The position numbers were made by a program, and so were the translations under genes. The notes beneath the pieces are model-generated. The model ran no database searches. It worked only from the letters and a program-made list of their open reading frames with translations, and was not told where the DNA came from. This document shows, in pieces, positions 45,997 through 55,745 of a DNA stretch of 64,000 nt. Within the stretch, counting starts at the first letter, position 1; every line of letters begins with the position of its first letter. Source of the stretch: Pseudomonadota bacterium (GTDB lineage Bacteria > Myxococcota_A > UBA796 > SXON01); assembly GCA_030685065.1 (NCBI GenBank), contig JAUXQH010000133.1, forward strand, positions 2,786 through 66,785, written 5' to 3'.

Positions 45997-48903
45997 ATGT
46001 CGACGAAAGATCTGATGGATCGCCTCGAGCGTACGGGCTCCGGCGCAAAGCCGGCGCAGCCGCGTGCCCCAGAGCAGCAGCCGCAACAGAAGGCCGGTGA
46101 CGCCAAGGCGAACGAGACGAAGCGCGTGGGGGATGGAGTCGTGCGCCGACGTGCGCCGATGGCCGCCCCCGAGCCTCCGCCTCCGCCCGCACGTACGGTC
46201 ATTCGTCGTCCCGGGCCCGCCCGTGAGGAGCCGCCGGCTCGCGCGCAGGCCCCCGCGCCGCAGCAGGCCTCGCAGCAGCGTCCGCAGGTCGCTGCCCCCG
46301 CCCAGCAGGCTTCCGCCGTAGCGCGCCCGTCCGCCCCGAGCGGACTGCCGCCACGCGGTACGCCGGTGCCCTTGCCGAACCGCGCGCCTCCGGTCGCCGC
46401 CGTTCAGCCTGAAACGCAGGCCGCGGCCCCCGCTCCCGTCGAGTCCGAAGCCGCCGCGCCCGAGGCGCTCGCGCCCGCCGCGTCCGCTCAGGACTTCGTT
46501 GCCGCGCCGGCGCACGAGCCGTCTCCCCCCGAGCACACGGCAAGCGAGGGAACGGGCGCCAGCTCCGAAGCCCCGGCCGTGTCCGCTCCGGCCGTGTCCG
46601 CTCCGGCCGCGTCCTCCCAGGGCGCCGAACCAGGCGTCGCGGCCGAGCCGGCCCCCGTGGAGCACGCCGCCGCTGTCGAGGCCCCCGTCGAAGTCGCGCC
46701 CCCCGCGCCGCCTCCTCGTGCGGAGCCCACCCTCGAGCGCGCCGTCATCATCGACCGCCCGGGTGGCTACGGCCGCCTGCCGTCCATGGCGCCGGCCGGC
46801 GTCCGCGCGGCGCCCGCCCGCCTGAACGACACGCCCATTCTTCCGGGTCTCGGCCGCGCCGTCGTGTCCCTGCCGGCAGGCTACGACCCGACCGATCCGA
46901 CCGGCGCCCGTCGCCGTGCTCGCGAGCAGGCCTCGCAGACCGCGCGGTGGGGTCCCGGAGCGGATCGCCGTCCGGGCGCCCCGGGTCCCGGCCGCGTCGA
47001 CGCGGGGGCGCCCGCGCCCGCCTCCGACGATCGCCGTCCCAAGAAGGGCCCCAACGCCCGGCGCAGCGAGCACGTTCCGATGCCGGATTCTCGCTCCCGC
47101 AAGCCGAAGGGCCGCGGCGGCAAGGACATGCGCTCGGTTCGCCCGGTCCAGACGGTCAAGCACCGTGTCCGGATCGAAGGCGAGATCACCGTCGCCAACC
47201 TCGCCCACGAGATGGGCGTCAAGGCGGCGGAGCTCATCAAGCTGCTGATGTCGATGGGGCAGCCGGCCACGGTCAACCAGACCATCGACTTCGACACCGC
47301 CTCGCTCCTCGCGCAGGAGCTCGGCCACGAAGTCGTCAACATCGCGTTCGACGAAGCGGAGCACCTCTACGACGTAGAGGCCGAGGGCTCCGATCTGCCG
47401 AACCGCGCGCCGGTCGTGACCATCATGGGCCACGTCGACCACGGCAAGACCACCCTGCTGGACACCATCCGCAAGGCCAAGGTCGCCGCGGGCGAGGCGG
47501 GTGGCATCACCCAGCACATCGGCGCCTACACGGTGAAGCGTGGGGACCGCCCCATCACCTTCATCGATACCCCGGGCCACGCCGCGTTCAGCGCGATGCG
47601 AGCCCGTGGTGCCAAGGCCACGGACATCATCGTCCTCGTGGTCGCGGCGGACGACGGCGTGATGCCCCAGACCGTCGAGGCCATCAGCCACGCCAAGGCG
47701 GCGGGCGTGCCGATCCTGGTCGCGGTCAACAAGATGGACAAGCCGGGCGTCCAGCCCGAGCGCGTCACCCGCCAGCTCATGGAGCACGGCCTGGTCTCTG
47801 AAGAGTACGGCGGCGACGTCATCTTCGTGCCGGTGTCCGCCCTCAAGGGCACGGGCGTCAACGACCTGCTCGACAACATCCTGGTCGTGGCGGAAGTCGC
47901 GGATCTCCGCGCCAACCCCGATCGCCACGCCGAAGGTGTGGTGCTCGAGTCGCGCCTCGAAGTCGGCCGCGGCGCCGTGGCGTCGCTGCTCGTGCAGACC
48001 GGTACGCTGAAGCAGGGCGACACGATCGTCATCGGTTCGACCTGGGGCCGCGTGCGCGCCATGTCGGACGATCGCGGGCAGAAGCTCAAGGAAGCGGGTC
48101 CGTCCACGCCGGTCGAGATCTTCGGCTTGCAGGACGTGCCGAACGCGGGCGACGAGTTCGCGGTGGTCGAGACCGAAAAGGACGCTCGCGCCCTCGTCGA
48201 TCATCGCTCCGCGCTCAAGAGCGCCGGTGCGCACAGCCAGCGCGCCAAGATGACCCTCGAGGACCTCTACAAGAACGGCGGCGTGGCCCCCGAGGTCATG
48301 AAGATCGTCCTCAAGGCCGACGTGAGCGGCTCCCTCGAGGCGCTCAAGGGCGCGCTCGAAGGCCTCGTGGTCTCCGGCACCCAGCTGAAGATCCTCCACG
48401 CGGCCATCGGCCCGGTGAACGAGTCCGACGTGAACCTCGCCGCGCCCGACCAGGCGCTGATCATCGCGTTCGACGTGAAGTCCGACACGAAGGCGCGCCA
48501 GGCGGCAGACCAGTACGGTGTGGAGATCAAGAAGTTCGAGATCATCTACAACGTCCTCGACGAGGTCAAGGCGCGCATGCAGGGGCTGCTGGCCCCCATC
48601 TACGAAGAGCAGAAGGTCGGCGAGGCCGAGGTTCGGGCGCTCTTCAAGATCCCCAAGCTCGGCTTCATCGCCGGCTGCATGGTCATGGACGGCAAGGTCA
48701 ACCGCGGCGCGGCCGCGAAGGTCTTCCGCGCCGGCAAGCAGATCGCCGAGGGCAAGGTCACGAGCCTCAAGCGCTTCAAGGAAGACGTTCGCGAGGTCGA
48801 GAAGGGCTTCGAGTGCGGTATCGGAGTCGAAGGCGCGACCGACATCCAGGAAGGCGACAAGATCGCCCTCTACACGCGGGTCCAGGTGGCCCGCCCGGAG
48901 TAG
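45997..48903 (+). CDS. infB: Translation initiation factor IF-2
   Basis: [29 protein letters not shown] and LKADVSGS motifs; long Pro/Ala-rich N-terminus. Confidence 0.99.
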   Translation: MSTKDLMDRLERTGSGAKPAQPRAPEQQPQQKAGDAKANETKRVGDGVVRRRAPMAAPEPPPPPARTVIRRPGPAREEPPARAQAPAPQQASQQRPQVAAPAQQASAVARPSAPSGLPPRGTPVPLPNRAPPVAAVQPETQAAAPAPVESEAAAPEALAPAASAQDFVAAPAHEPSPPEHTASEGTGASSEAPAVSAPAVSAPAASSQGAEPGVAAEPAPVEHAAAVEAPVEVAPPAPPPRAEPTLERAVIIDRPGGYGRLPSMAPAGVRAAPARLNDTPILPGLGRAVVSLPAGYDPTDPTGARRRAREQASQTARWGPGADRRPGAPGPGRVDAGAPAPASDDRRPKKGPNARRSEHVPMPDSRSRKPKGRGGKDMRSVRPVQTVKHRVRIEGEITVANLAHEMGVKAAELIKLLMSMGQPATVNQTIDFDTASLLAQELGHEVVNIAFDEAEHLYDVEAEGSDLPNRAPVVTIMGHVDHGKTTLLDTIRKAKVAAGEAGGITQHIGAYTVKRGDRPITFIDTPGHAAFSAMRARGAKATDIIVLVVAADDGVMPQTVEAISHAKAAGVPILVAVNKMDKPGVQPERVTRQLMEHGLVSEEYGGDVIFVPVSALKGTGVNDLLDNILVVAEVADLRANPDRHAEGVVLESRLEVGRGAVASLLVQTGTLKQGDTIVIGSTWGRVRAMSDDRGQKLKEAGPSTPVEIFGLQDVPNAGDEFAVVETEKDARALVDHRSALKSAGAHSQRAKMTLEDLYKNGGVAPEVMKIVLKADVSGSLEALKGALEGLVVSGTQLKILHAAIGPVNESDVNLAAPDQALIIAFDVKSDTKARQAADQYGVEIKKFEIIYNVLDEVKARMQGLLAPIYEEQKVGEAEVRALFKIPKLGFIAGCMVMDGKVNRGAAAKVFRAGKQIAEGKVTSLKRFKEDVREVEKGFECGIGVEGATDIQEGDKIALYTRVQVARPE

Positions 48904-48933
48904 GTGTTGTACCTGCCAGCGCCGGATGAGGCC

Positions 48934-49251
48934 GTGTTTGTCGGCCTCCTCCGCATGGTGCTCCGAATCCCGGGCAGCCGGTCCCTCAAGGACCGGCGCC
49001 GGGTCGTCTCGTCGCTCCGCGACCGCGTTCAGGTGAGGCACCACGCGGCCTTCGCGGAAGTGGGCCACCTGGAGACGCACGAGGCCGCCGTGGTCGCGAT
49101 CACGGTGGTGGGAAACGACGCGCGCCAGCTGCGCTCGCGACTCGACACGATTCGGGCCGACGCGGAGGCAACGCTCGAGGCCCACGTCACGGATGTAAAT
49201 GTCCGGATCCTCGGGATGAATGGGCAGGTCGACACGCTCGTCGGCCCTTGA
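48934..49251 (+). CDS. DUF503 (YlxP) protein
   Basis: VFVGLL...SRSLKDRRRVVSSL...AEVG; usual position after infB. Start could be 48904. Confidence 0.85.
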   Translation: MFVGLLRMVLRIPGSRSLKDRRRVVSSLRDRVQVRHHAAFAEVGHLETHEAAVVAITVVGNDARQLRSRLDTIRADAEATLEAHVTDVNVRILGMNGQVDTLVGP

Positions 49252-49290
49252 CCCGTCCACACCCGGCCGGTTCGGGATAGCATCGGTTCC

Positions 49291-50061
49291 ATGCAGGAAC
49301 CGAAGCGTACCCTGGGCCCCCTACAGCAGGGCCCGTCGCAGCATAGCCCCCTTCAGCAGCCGGGGTCCCCGTACGTGGGCCCGCGGGCTCCCCATCCGGC
49401 GGGCGCCAACCAGCTGCCGCTCTCGCGCAACCACCTCTACGCGCTCGGCACGTTGTCGGTGGCCCTCGCGGTGCTGTCCTTCTTCGTCGGCTTCCAGGCC
49501 GGCCGCGGTCAGGTGGTGGCCCCGTCCGCGCCAGCGGTCGCGCGGTTCGTCCCTGACGAGGTCGCGGCGGGGGATCTGGAGGTTCTGCTCGCCGGCGTCG
49601 AGCAGGCGAACGTCGGTGAGGCGCCGTTGGGCTTTCCGGCCGAGCTGCCGCGCACCGACATGGCGCTCGTGGCCCCTCCTGCCCTCGGAGAAGGCGGCGT
49701 GCTCGTTCCTGTGGTAGCGCCGCCGCCGCCGCCGAACCCCTTTCCCGCCGAGGCACGTCCGGGCCTGGTCGAGGTGGGGGCGGATGCGCCGACCGTGGCA
49801 CCGTCGAAGGGGGACATCCCCACGAGCGGATGGTCCATCCAGGTCGCCGAGCAGCCCCTCGAGGAGGACGCGCTCCGGCAGGTGGAGACCCTTCAGGCCG
49901 CCGGCCTCTCGGCGTACAAGGTCGTAGCCCTGGTGAACGGCGCGTCGGTCTGGCGCATCCGCATCGGCGGCTACTCCAGCAAGGACACGGCGACGGCCGC
50001 GTTGGCCGGTGTGTCCAGCAAGGCGGGCGCCGCCGGGGCCACGGTGACGCGAGCCCCCTGA
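49291..50061 (+). CDS. Bitopic SPOR-domain protein
   Basis: TM helix (LSFFVGFQAG), Pro-rich linker, C-terminal GWSIQV...WRIRIGGYSS SPOR pattern. Confidence 0.82.
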   Translation: MQEPKRTLGPLQQGPSQHSPLQQPGSPYVGPRAPHPAGANQLPLSRNHLYALGTLSVALAVLSFFVGFQAGRGQVVAPSAPAVARFVPDEVAAGDLEVLLAGVEQANVGEAPLGFPAELPRTDMALVAPPALGEGGVLVPVVAPPPPPNPFPAEARPGLVEVGADAPTVAPSKGDIPTSGWSIQVAEQPLEEDALRQVETLQAAGLSAYKVVALVNGASVWRIRIGGYSSKDTATAALAGVSSKAGAAGATVTRAP

Positions 50062-50094
50062 TCGGCGTTGGTCCGACGGGACCCGCGCAGGGGC

Positions 50095-50123
50095 TTGACA
50101 TGCGGCCCGCTCCAGCGGATCCT
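50095..50123 (+). promoter_or_regulatory. Sigma70-type promoter candidate for lysM-dprA
   Basis: TTGACA-N17-GATCCT. Confidence 0.35.
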
Positions 50124-50143
50124 CGGGGCGCTGTGGAGCACGG

Positions 50144-51199
50144 ATGCTGGTCGGGTGGATGAGCCTTTTGATGGCGGCGGCGATGGCCCAAGACGGCATG
50201 GCCTCCATGGGTGACGCGGCAGGCGCCCCCGACTTTTACGTGATCCAGGGTGGCGACACCCTCTGGGACATCTCCACGCGCTTCCTCGGGGACGCGTACG
50301 TGTGGCCCGAGCTCTGGTCGGTGAACGAGTACATCACCAATCCCCACTGGATCTACCCGGGCAATCGGGTCTACTTCCGCCTCGGGGACGCGCTCAACCC
50401 GCCCTCCGCCGGCGTGAACGACAACGGGACCACGGCGGACGGCTACACGCCCCCCGCCCGAGTAGAGCGGGCCGCCGAGTCCGCGTGCGACTTCCCGCCG
50501 CTCTACGAGCGGTCCTACGAAGGGGTGACCCTGAGGGCGCCCGGCGTCCTCGGTGACGACGACGCGCTGGAGATCCGTGGGGACGTTTACGGGGCCGAGG
50601 TTCCCGGGGCGCTGATCGGCCAGGGCTCGGTGGTCTACCTGGAGCTGAGCGACACGGGAGATGTCGAGTGCGGCAGCCTCCTCGCCGTCTACCGGCGGCA
50701 GGGCCGCAAGGTCCGTGGCGCGGACGGTCCCGTCGGCCACGTCTACCGCGTGCTCGGCGTAGCGCAGGTGCTCCGCGTAGATGACGACATCGTCACCGCC
50801 GTGGTGCGCGACAGCTACACCGAGATCGCCCGCGGCGATCTCGTCGGGGCGCCTATCGCCGTCGACCTCGAGGTCGACGTCCTCGCCCCCCACGGGGACA
50901 CGGAGGCCACCGTCATCGCCCGTTTGACCCAGGAGCAACGGCTGGCCTCGACCGGTGAGACCGTGTTCCTGGACCGCGGCACCAACGACGGCGTGGACGT
51001 CGGCACGTCCCTGTTTCTCGTCGAGCGCCGCGATGGCCTGCATCCCGACGCCGCCGAGGACGCGCGGCTTCCGGAGCGTGTCGTGGGGCGCGTAGTCATC
51101 GTGCGGGCGGACCCCTCGGTCGCCACCGGCGTCGTGGTCGACGCCGCGCGTGACGTGCAGGTGGGCCAGCGGTTGGTCACGACGCCGAACGCAGAGTAG
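50144..51199 (+). CDS. LysM peptidoglycan-binding protein of the type found before dprA
   Basis: YVIQGGDTLWDISTRFLGDAYVWPELW..N..ITNPHWIYPG; C-terminal VFLDRG..DGV..G. Confidence 0.88.
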   Translation: MLVGWMSLLMAAAMAQDGMASMGDAAGAPDFYVIQGGDTLWDISTRFLGDAYVWPELWSVNEYITNPHWIYPGNRVYFRLGDALNPPSAGVNDNGTTADGYTPPARVERAAESACDFPPLYERSYEGVTLRAPGVLGDDDALEIRGDVYGAEVPGALIGQGSVVYLELSDTGDVECGSLLAVYRRQGRKVRGADGPVGHVYRVLGVAQVLRVDDDIVTAVVRDSYTEIARGDLVGAPIAVDLEVDVLAPHGDTEATVIARLTQEQRLASTGETVFLDRGTNDGVDVGTSLFLVERRDGLHPDAAEDARLPERVVGRVVIVRADPSVATGVVVDAARDVQVGQRLVTTPNAE

Positions 51200-51341
51200 C
51201 AGCGATCCCGCGAGGGTCTGCTCGGCATCCGACGGGCCTCCTCCGATACGCACAACGTCGCGGATCGGGTTGCCGCTCCGCGCACGGTGCGTAGCTGTAG
51301 GCCCGACCCCGGCCGCACCTCCCGTTTGGGAGTTCGAGGTC

Positions 51342-52409
51342 ATGACATCGTTGGAATCCCCCTGGCCGGGGCTGGCCGCTGCGTCGCCGCGGCGGGACAT
51401 GTGGCCGGTCATGCATGCGTTGGGGTTGGCCGCGACCCGGATCGCGCCGGGCCGCGCGCCGGGCGTGGACGTAGGGAGGCTTCGCGAAGCCGGGCTGTCC
51501 GTGCAGGACGCGCTTCGCGCCGTGGGGACCGCCAGCTGGCAGGTTCAGCGGCCGGGCGTCCGGTTCGTCCACGCGGGGCAGGCGGACTGGCCCGCGGCGC
51601 TGGTCGACCTCCCGTTCGGCCCCGTGGCGCTCTCGGTCGAGGGGGACGTGTCGCTGTTGGCGCGGCCTACCGTGGCGGTGGTTGGCGCGCGCGCGTGTAC
51701 CACCTACGGGCGCGAATGGGCCGCTCACATCGCGGGTGCCGTGGTCGCGGCGGGGGCGGTGGTCGTCTCGGGGCTGGCCGCGGGCATCGACCTTGCGGCG
51801 CACGGAGCGGCCGGTGGCGCCACCATCGCGGTGCTGGGGCAGGGGATCGACGCCCCGATGCCCGCCTGGCAGCGCCGGATGCGGGACTCGCTCCTCGCGA
51901 AGGGGGGCTGTGTCGTGTCCGAGCTGCCTCCCGACGGGCGCGCCACCCCGTTCACGTTCCCGATCCGCAACCGCATCATCGCGGGGCTCGCGTGCGCCGT
52001 GGCGGTCATCGAGGCCGGGGAGCGCAGCGGCGCCCGAAACACGGCCTCCCATGCGCTCCGGTTTGGGCGGGAGGTGCTGGCGCTGCCGGGCCCGCTCGGC
52101 GCGTCCGCGTCGTTCGGGTGCCTCGACCTCATCGAGGAGGGCGCCACCGTCATCCGGGGCGTCCACACGATCATCGAGGTGGCCGGGCTCGTCCCGAAGG
52201 GCGCAGGCACCGTCGCGGGGCCCCGGGAGGGGGAGCCGCTCGGGGAGCGAGGGATCCTCCGCTACCTCGTGACGGCCACCACGCCCGAGGACCTGTTGGC
52301 GCGCACCGGGCTTCCCTATGCGGATGTGATGGCCCACCTGGGGCTGCTCGAATTGACGGGCCGGGTGATCCGGTTACCGGGTCGGCGCTACCTGGCCCGA
52401 ACGACATGA
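51342..52409 (+). CDS. dprA: DNA-processing protein DprA
   Basis: VAVVGAR..T.YG, VVSGLAAGID, FPIRNRIIAGL and EAGERSGA motifs; C-terminal wHTH LLELTG. Confidence 0.93.
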   Translation: MTSLESPWPGLAAASPRRDMWPVMHALGLAATRIAPGRAPGVDVGRLREAGLSVQDALRAVGTASWQVQRPGVRFVHAGQADWPAALVDLPFGPVALSVEGDVSLLARPTVAVVGARACTTYGREWAAHIAGAVVAAGAVVVSGLAAGIDLAAHGAAGGATIAVLGQGIDAPMPAWQRRMRDSLLAKGGCVVSELPPDGRATPFTFPIRNRIIAGLACAVAVIEAGERSGARNTASHALRFGREVLALPGPLGASASFGCLDLIEEGATVIRGVHTIIEVAGLVPKGAGTVAGPREGEPLGERGILRYLVTATTPEDLLARTGLPYADVMAHLGLLELTGRVIRLPGRRYLARTT

Positions 52410-52669
52410 GCCGATCCCCGATTCAACACCTCGAGCTCGATCCACGCGCGGGGGACTTCCTGGAGATGCTCCGTGACCTCGGGCACCTCGACGAGCCCGC
52501 GGTCGAGCGCCTCACCGAGCAGCTCGTCGCGCAGCCGCGTCCCGGTCGCGTCGTGACCTACGAGGAGCTGCGGCGAGCCGCAGCCATCCTGCTGTTCGAC
52601 GCGGAGACCAACATGCGCGCGGAGTCCAAGGAGCTGCTGACCCAGGAATGGGCGCGCCTCTTCAGCTGA
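52406..52669 (+). CDS. Short Smg/DUF494-like protein
   Basis: LDPRAGDFLEMLRDLGHLD...E.L..Q...VTYEELR..A.ILLF resembles the C-terminal half of Smg; directly follows dprA. Confidence 0.55.
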   Translation: MSRSPIQHLELDPRAGDFLEMLRDLGHLDEPAVERLTEQLVAQPRPGRVVTYEELRRAAAILLFDAETNMRAESKELLTQEWARLFS

Positions 52670-52711
52670 TGGTCCGCCGCCCGGTCGAGGCGTGCGCCCT
52701 CGGCGAGGGCG

Positions 52712-53425
52712 CTACGACGGGAGCAGCTCCGCGACGCGCTGGATGGCCCGGATCGTGGCATGGGGATGGCGCGCCGGCACGCGCGTGGCCGCCTCAGCCG
52801 CCGCCGCCGCGATGTCCGTAGCGAGCAGGGCGTAGCTCCGAGGCCCCTGGTCGGTGTCGACCAGCACCAGGAACGCGGTGGCCGCGTTCGCGGACGAGCC
52901 CACGATCACCGGGCGCCGTGGCGCGGTCCCGGCGGGCCGCGCCGCGGCGGCGACAGGATCCGGCGAGGGAGGCGCGCCTGCTGCTGCCGCTTCGAGAGCC
53001 CCGCGCCTGGGAGCCCGTGCCGTCCGCAGCGGCGCGGCCGCGCCGGGAGGGGCGACGGTGGCGGGAGCTGGGCTGGCTCCCGAATGCCAGACGGGGGTGA
53101 TCAGGCGCCGCTGGCGATAGGTGCGGACGTTCTCCGTCGTCACGCCGGCGAGGCGCGCGATCTCGGCGTCCGGCACGGTCCCCAGGTGACGCAGGAACGG
53201 GTCGAGGGCGGACCTGCGCCCGCGGAACGGCCGGCTGTCGAGCGGTGCGACCACGGCCTGGGCGGCGGGCGTCGTGCCCTTGTGCCCCTGGTACGCGGGG
53301 ATCCCCAACTTCTTCCGGTAATTGACGACGAGGGTGCGGGATACGCCCGCTTGATCTGCAATTTTTTGGTCGGGGATCGTACCGAGCTGGCTTCGGAGAG
53401 CAGCAAGGACGGAGTTGTCGGACAC
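52712..53425 (-). CDS. Hypothetical protein with two HTH-like repeats
   Basis: LGTIPDQKIADQAGVSRTLVVNYRKKLGI and LGTVPDAEIARLAGVTTENVRTYRQRRLI; GAGG before GTG 53425. Confidence 0.7.
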   Translation of the reverse strand: MSDNSVLAALRSQLGTIPDQKIADQAGVSRTLVVNYRKKLGIPAYQGHKGTTPAAQAVVAPLDSRPFRGRRSALDPFLRHLGTVPDAEIARLAGVTTENVRTYRQRRLITPVWHSGASPAPATVAPPGAAAPLRTARAPRRGALEAAAAGAPPSPDPVAAAARPAGTAPRRPVIVGSSANAATAFLVLVDTDQGPRSYALLATDIAAAAAEAATRVPARHPHATIRAIQRVAELLPS

Positions 53426-53566
53426 GGAGACCTCTAGCGGCGGCGCGAGCCTACTTGTCTTTCGCCTCGCACGCCAGACGTCATGAATCAAAAAGTGCGG
53501 GACCCGAATGGTAGGTGATTGGCGGTTTGCGCGAGAAGATCGCCGAGGCGAACGGCGCGGCGGCGC

Positions 53567-55669
53567 CTACGCGGCGCTAGCACCGTGCACGGCCAACAAC
53601 GAGCACGAGAGCTCGGTGACCAACGGATGCGCGCGGACGTCGAACGAGTTCATGGCCAGCCCCCACTCGGGGCCGACGCTCGCGATGACCAGATCGTACC
53701 CTCCGGCCGCCGCGAGGAGCGCCGGGATCGCCGCTTCTCCCGGGCCCTGGGCGAAGAGAGTGAGATGAACCTGTGGATCTCGAGCGAGGCGTTCAGCGAC
53801 GCGGCGCGCCGCCTCGGCATGGTCACCGCCGGAGAGGAGCAGCACCCGTCCCGGCCGCACGAACCCGGCGTCATGGAACATGCAGACCGTCTGCCGGGCG
53901 CGCTGCGTGATCTCGAGCAGCGGCCCCCCGAGCCACGCGGTGCCCATCAGCGGGCGGTGCAGGCCGAGCACGACGATGTCGGCCTCCTTCAGGGAGGCGA
54001 CCGCCACGATGTCGCGCGCGGGTGCGGACGATGGGAACCCAAAGGCCTCGACCGTCGCACCGAGGCGTCGGGCCTCCTCCGCGAGCAGGTCCGCGGCGCT
54101 CTCCAGCGGGGTGTCCGGCCCCGCCATGACTCCCTCGGGGAACATGGTGGCCTGGTCGTTCATCGGGATCAGACGAAGCGCCCACCCCCGCGCGCCCGGG
54201 CCCCTGCACAGCGCCGCGGTGATCCGCCCGAGGCCCACCGCGCTCTCCGGATGGGCGACACATGCGAGCACGGCGTTGGACTGCGGAGAGGCCTCCGCGG
54301 TCTGTGCGAGCACCCGCTCGGGTGGCTGCAGCCAACCGATGATCGGGGAGGTGACGACGGTGGTGGCCACCGCCATGATCACCAGGATCGTGAAGAGGGT
54401 GGGGGAGAGCACGCCGAGGTCCCTCCCGATGTTCAGGATCACGAGCTCCATCAAGCCGCGGGTGTTCATCAGCACGCCCACCGTCGCGCTCTCGCGCCAG
54501 GACAGGCCGCCGAGCCGAGCCGGAATCGCCGTGCCCGCGAGCTTGCCCACGGTCGCCACGAGCACCACCACGGCGCACCACCCCCACAGGCCGGGGCCGG
54601 ACAGGAGGCCGATCTCGGTGCGCAGCCCGGTGAACGCGAAGAACAGCGGGAGGAAGAGGACCACCACGACGTCCTCGACGCGCTCGACGAGCCCCCGCAC
54701 CACCTGCCCCTGGCGCGGAACGACCACGCCGAAGAGAAAGGCTCCGAACAACGCGTGGATGCCGATGGCTTCGGCCACCGAGGCGCACACCAGCAGGGCG
54801 AGGAAGATCGCCGCGACGGCGGTCTGGCCGATGTCTTCGACCGTGCCGTAGCGCGCCGCCACGCGCGCCAGGAGAGGGCGGAGCGCGCCCACCATCACGG
54901 CCACGAACCCCAGCGCGAGGGTCGTTGTCACGAGGCCCATCCCCAGGCTACCGGCGCGCACGATGGCGATGGTGACCGCCAACAGGCACCACGCCGTCAC
55001 GTCCCCGACCGCCGCGCACGTGAGCGTGAGCGCGCCGATCGGCGTACGCATCAGGCCGCGCTCGGAGAGGATCCGGGCCAGCACGGGGAAGGCCGTGACG
55101 CTCATCGACGCGCCGAGGAACATGCCGAACGCGATGAACGGCACGCCGGGGTCGGCAAACACCGGGTAGAGGCCGATCGCGAGCAGCCCCCCCAGCAGGA
55201 ACGGCACGACCATTCCGAACTGGCTGATCACCAGCGCCAACGAGCCCCGGGCCTTCACCAGCTCGAAGTCGAATTCGAGCCCCACCACGAACATGAAGAG
55301 CACGAGGCCCAGCTGGCTCACGGCCGAGAGCGCGTCCATCCCCTCGGGCGGGAAGACGGCGAGGAGCACGTCCGGCGCGATGGCTCCGAGCCCCGAGGGC
55401 CCCAACAGGATGCCGGCGACGATCTCCGCCACGACGAGCGGCTGCCCGATGCGCCGGAACGCGATGCCCGTCACGCGCGAGACGGCGAGGATCACGGCCA
55501 TCTGCACGAGCAGCAAGGCGAGGGCCGAGAGGTGCAGCGCGCCCGTGTCCGACACCGCCAACGGGGCCGCGGAGACGACGGGGTACAGCTGGGCCCCGAA
55601 CTGCAGGATGCCCCATGCGAGGACGGCGAGCACGGACAACCCGATCGCCAAGCGGACGGGGCTGCTCAT
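53567..55669 (-). CDS. CPA2/CHX-type cation:proton antiporter with a USP-like tail
   Basis: QPLVVAEIVAGILLGPS, SVTAFPVLARIL, LMNTRGLMELVILNIG. Confidence 0.92.
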   Translation of the reverse strand: MSSPVRLAIGLSVLAVLAWGILQFGAQLYPVVSAAPLAVSDTGALHLSALALLLVQMAVILAVSRVTGIAFRRIGQPLVVAEIVAGILLGPSGLGAIAPDVLLAVFPPEGMDALSAVSQLGLVLFMFVVGLEFDFELVKARGSLALVISQFGMVVPFLLGGLLAIGLYPVFADPGVPFIAFGMFLGASMSVTAFPVLARILSERGLMRTPIGALTLTCAAVGDVTAWCLLAVTIAIVRAGSLGMGLVTTTLALGFVAVMVGALRPLLARVAARYGTVEDIGQTAVAAIFLALLVCASVAEAIGIHALFGAFLFGVVVPRQGQVVRGLVERVEDVVVVLFLPLFFAFTGLRTEIGLLSGPGLWGWCAVVVLVATVGKLAGTAIPARLGGLSWRESATVGVLMNTRGLMELVILNIGRDLGVLSPTLFTILVIMAVATTVVTSPIIGWLQPPERVLAQTAEASPQSNAVLACVAHPESAVGLGRITAALCRGPGARGWALRLIPMNDQATMFPEGVMAGPDTPLESAADLLAEEARRLGATVEAFGFPSSAPARDIVAVASLKEADIVVLGLHRPLMGTAWLGGPLLEITQRARQTVCMFHDAGFVRPGRVLLLSGGDHAEAARRVAERLARDPQVHLTLFAQGPGEAAIPALLAAAGGYDLVIASVGPEWGLAMNSFDVRAHPLVTELSCSLLAVHGASAA

Positions 55670-55745
55670 GAGGTCGTCACCATCCTGCTCGCGCCGAGGC
55701 TATCCCGACGGACGGGCTCCTGACGCCTCGGCGCCGCGGGGGGCC

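Noticed and set aside
46573-46614. 15-bp PAVSA repeat in IF-2, and short in-frame duplications near 23090 and 32220
   Set aside because: Ordinary slippage in low-complexity linkers.
45937-49260. 1107-aa minus-strand ORF
   Set aside because: Antisense shadow of infB.
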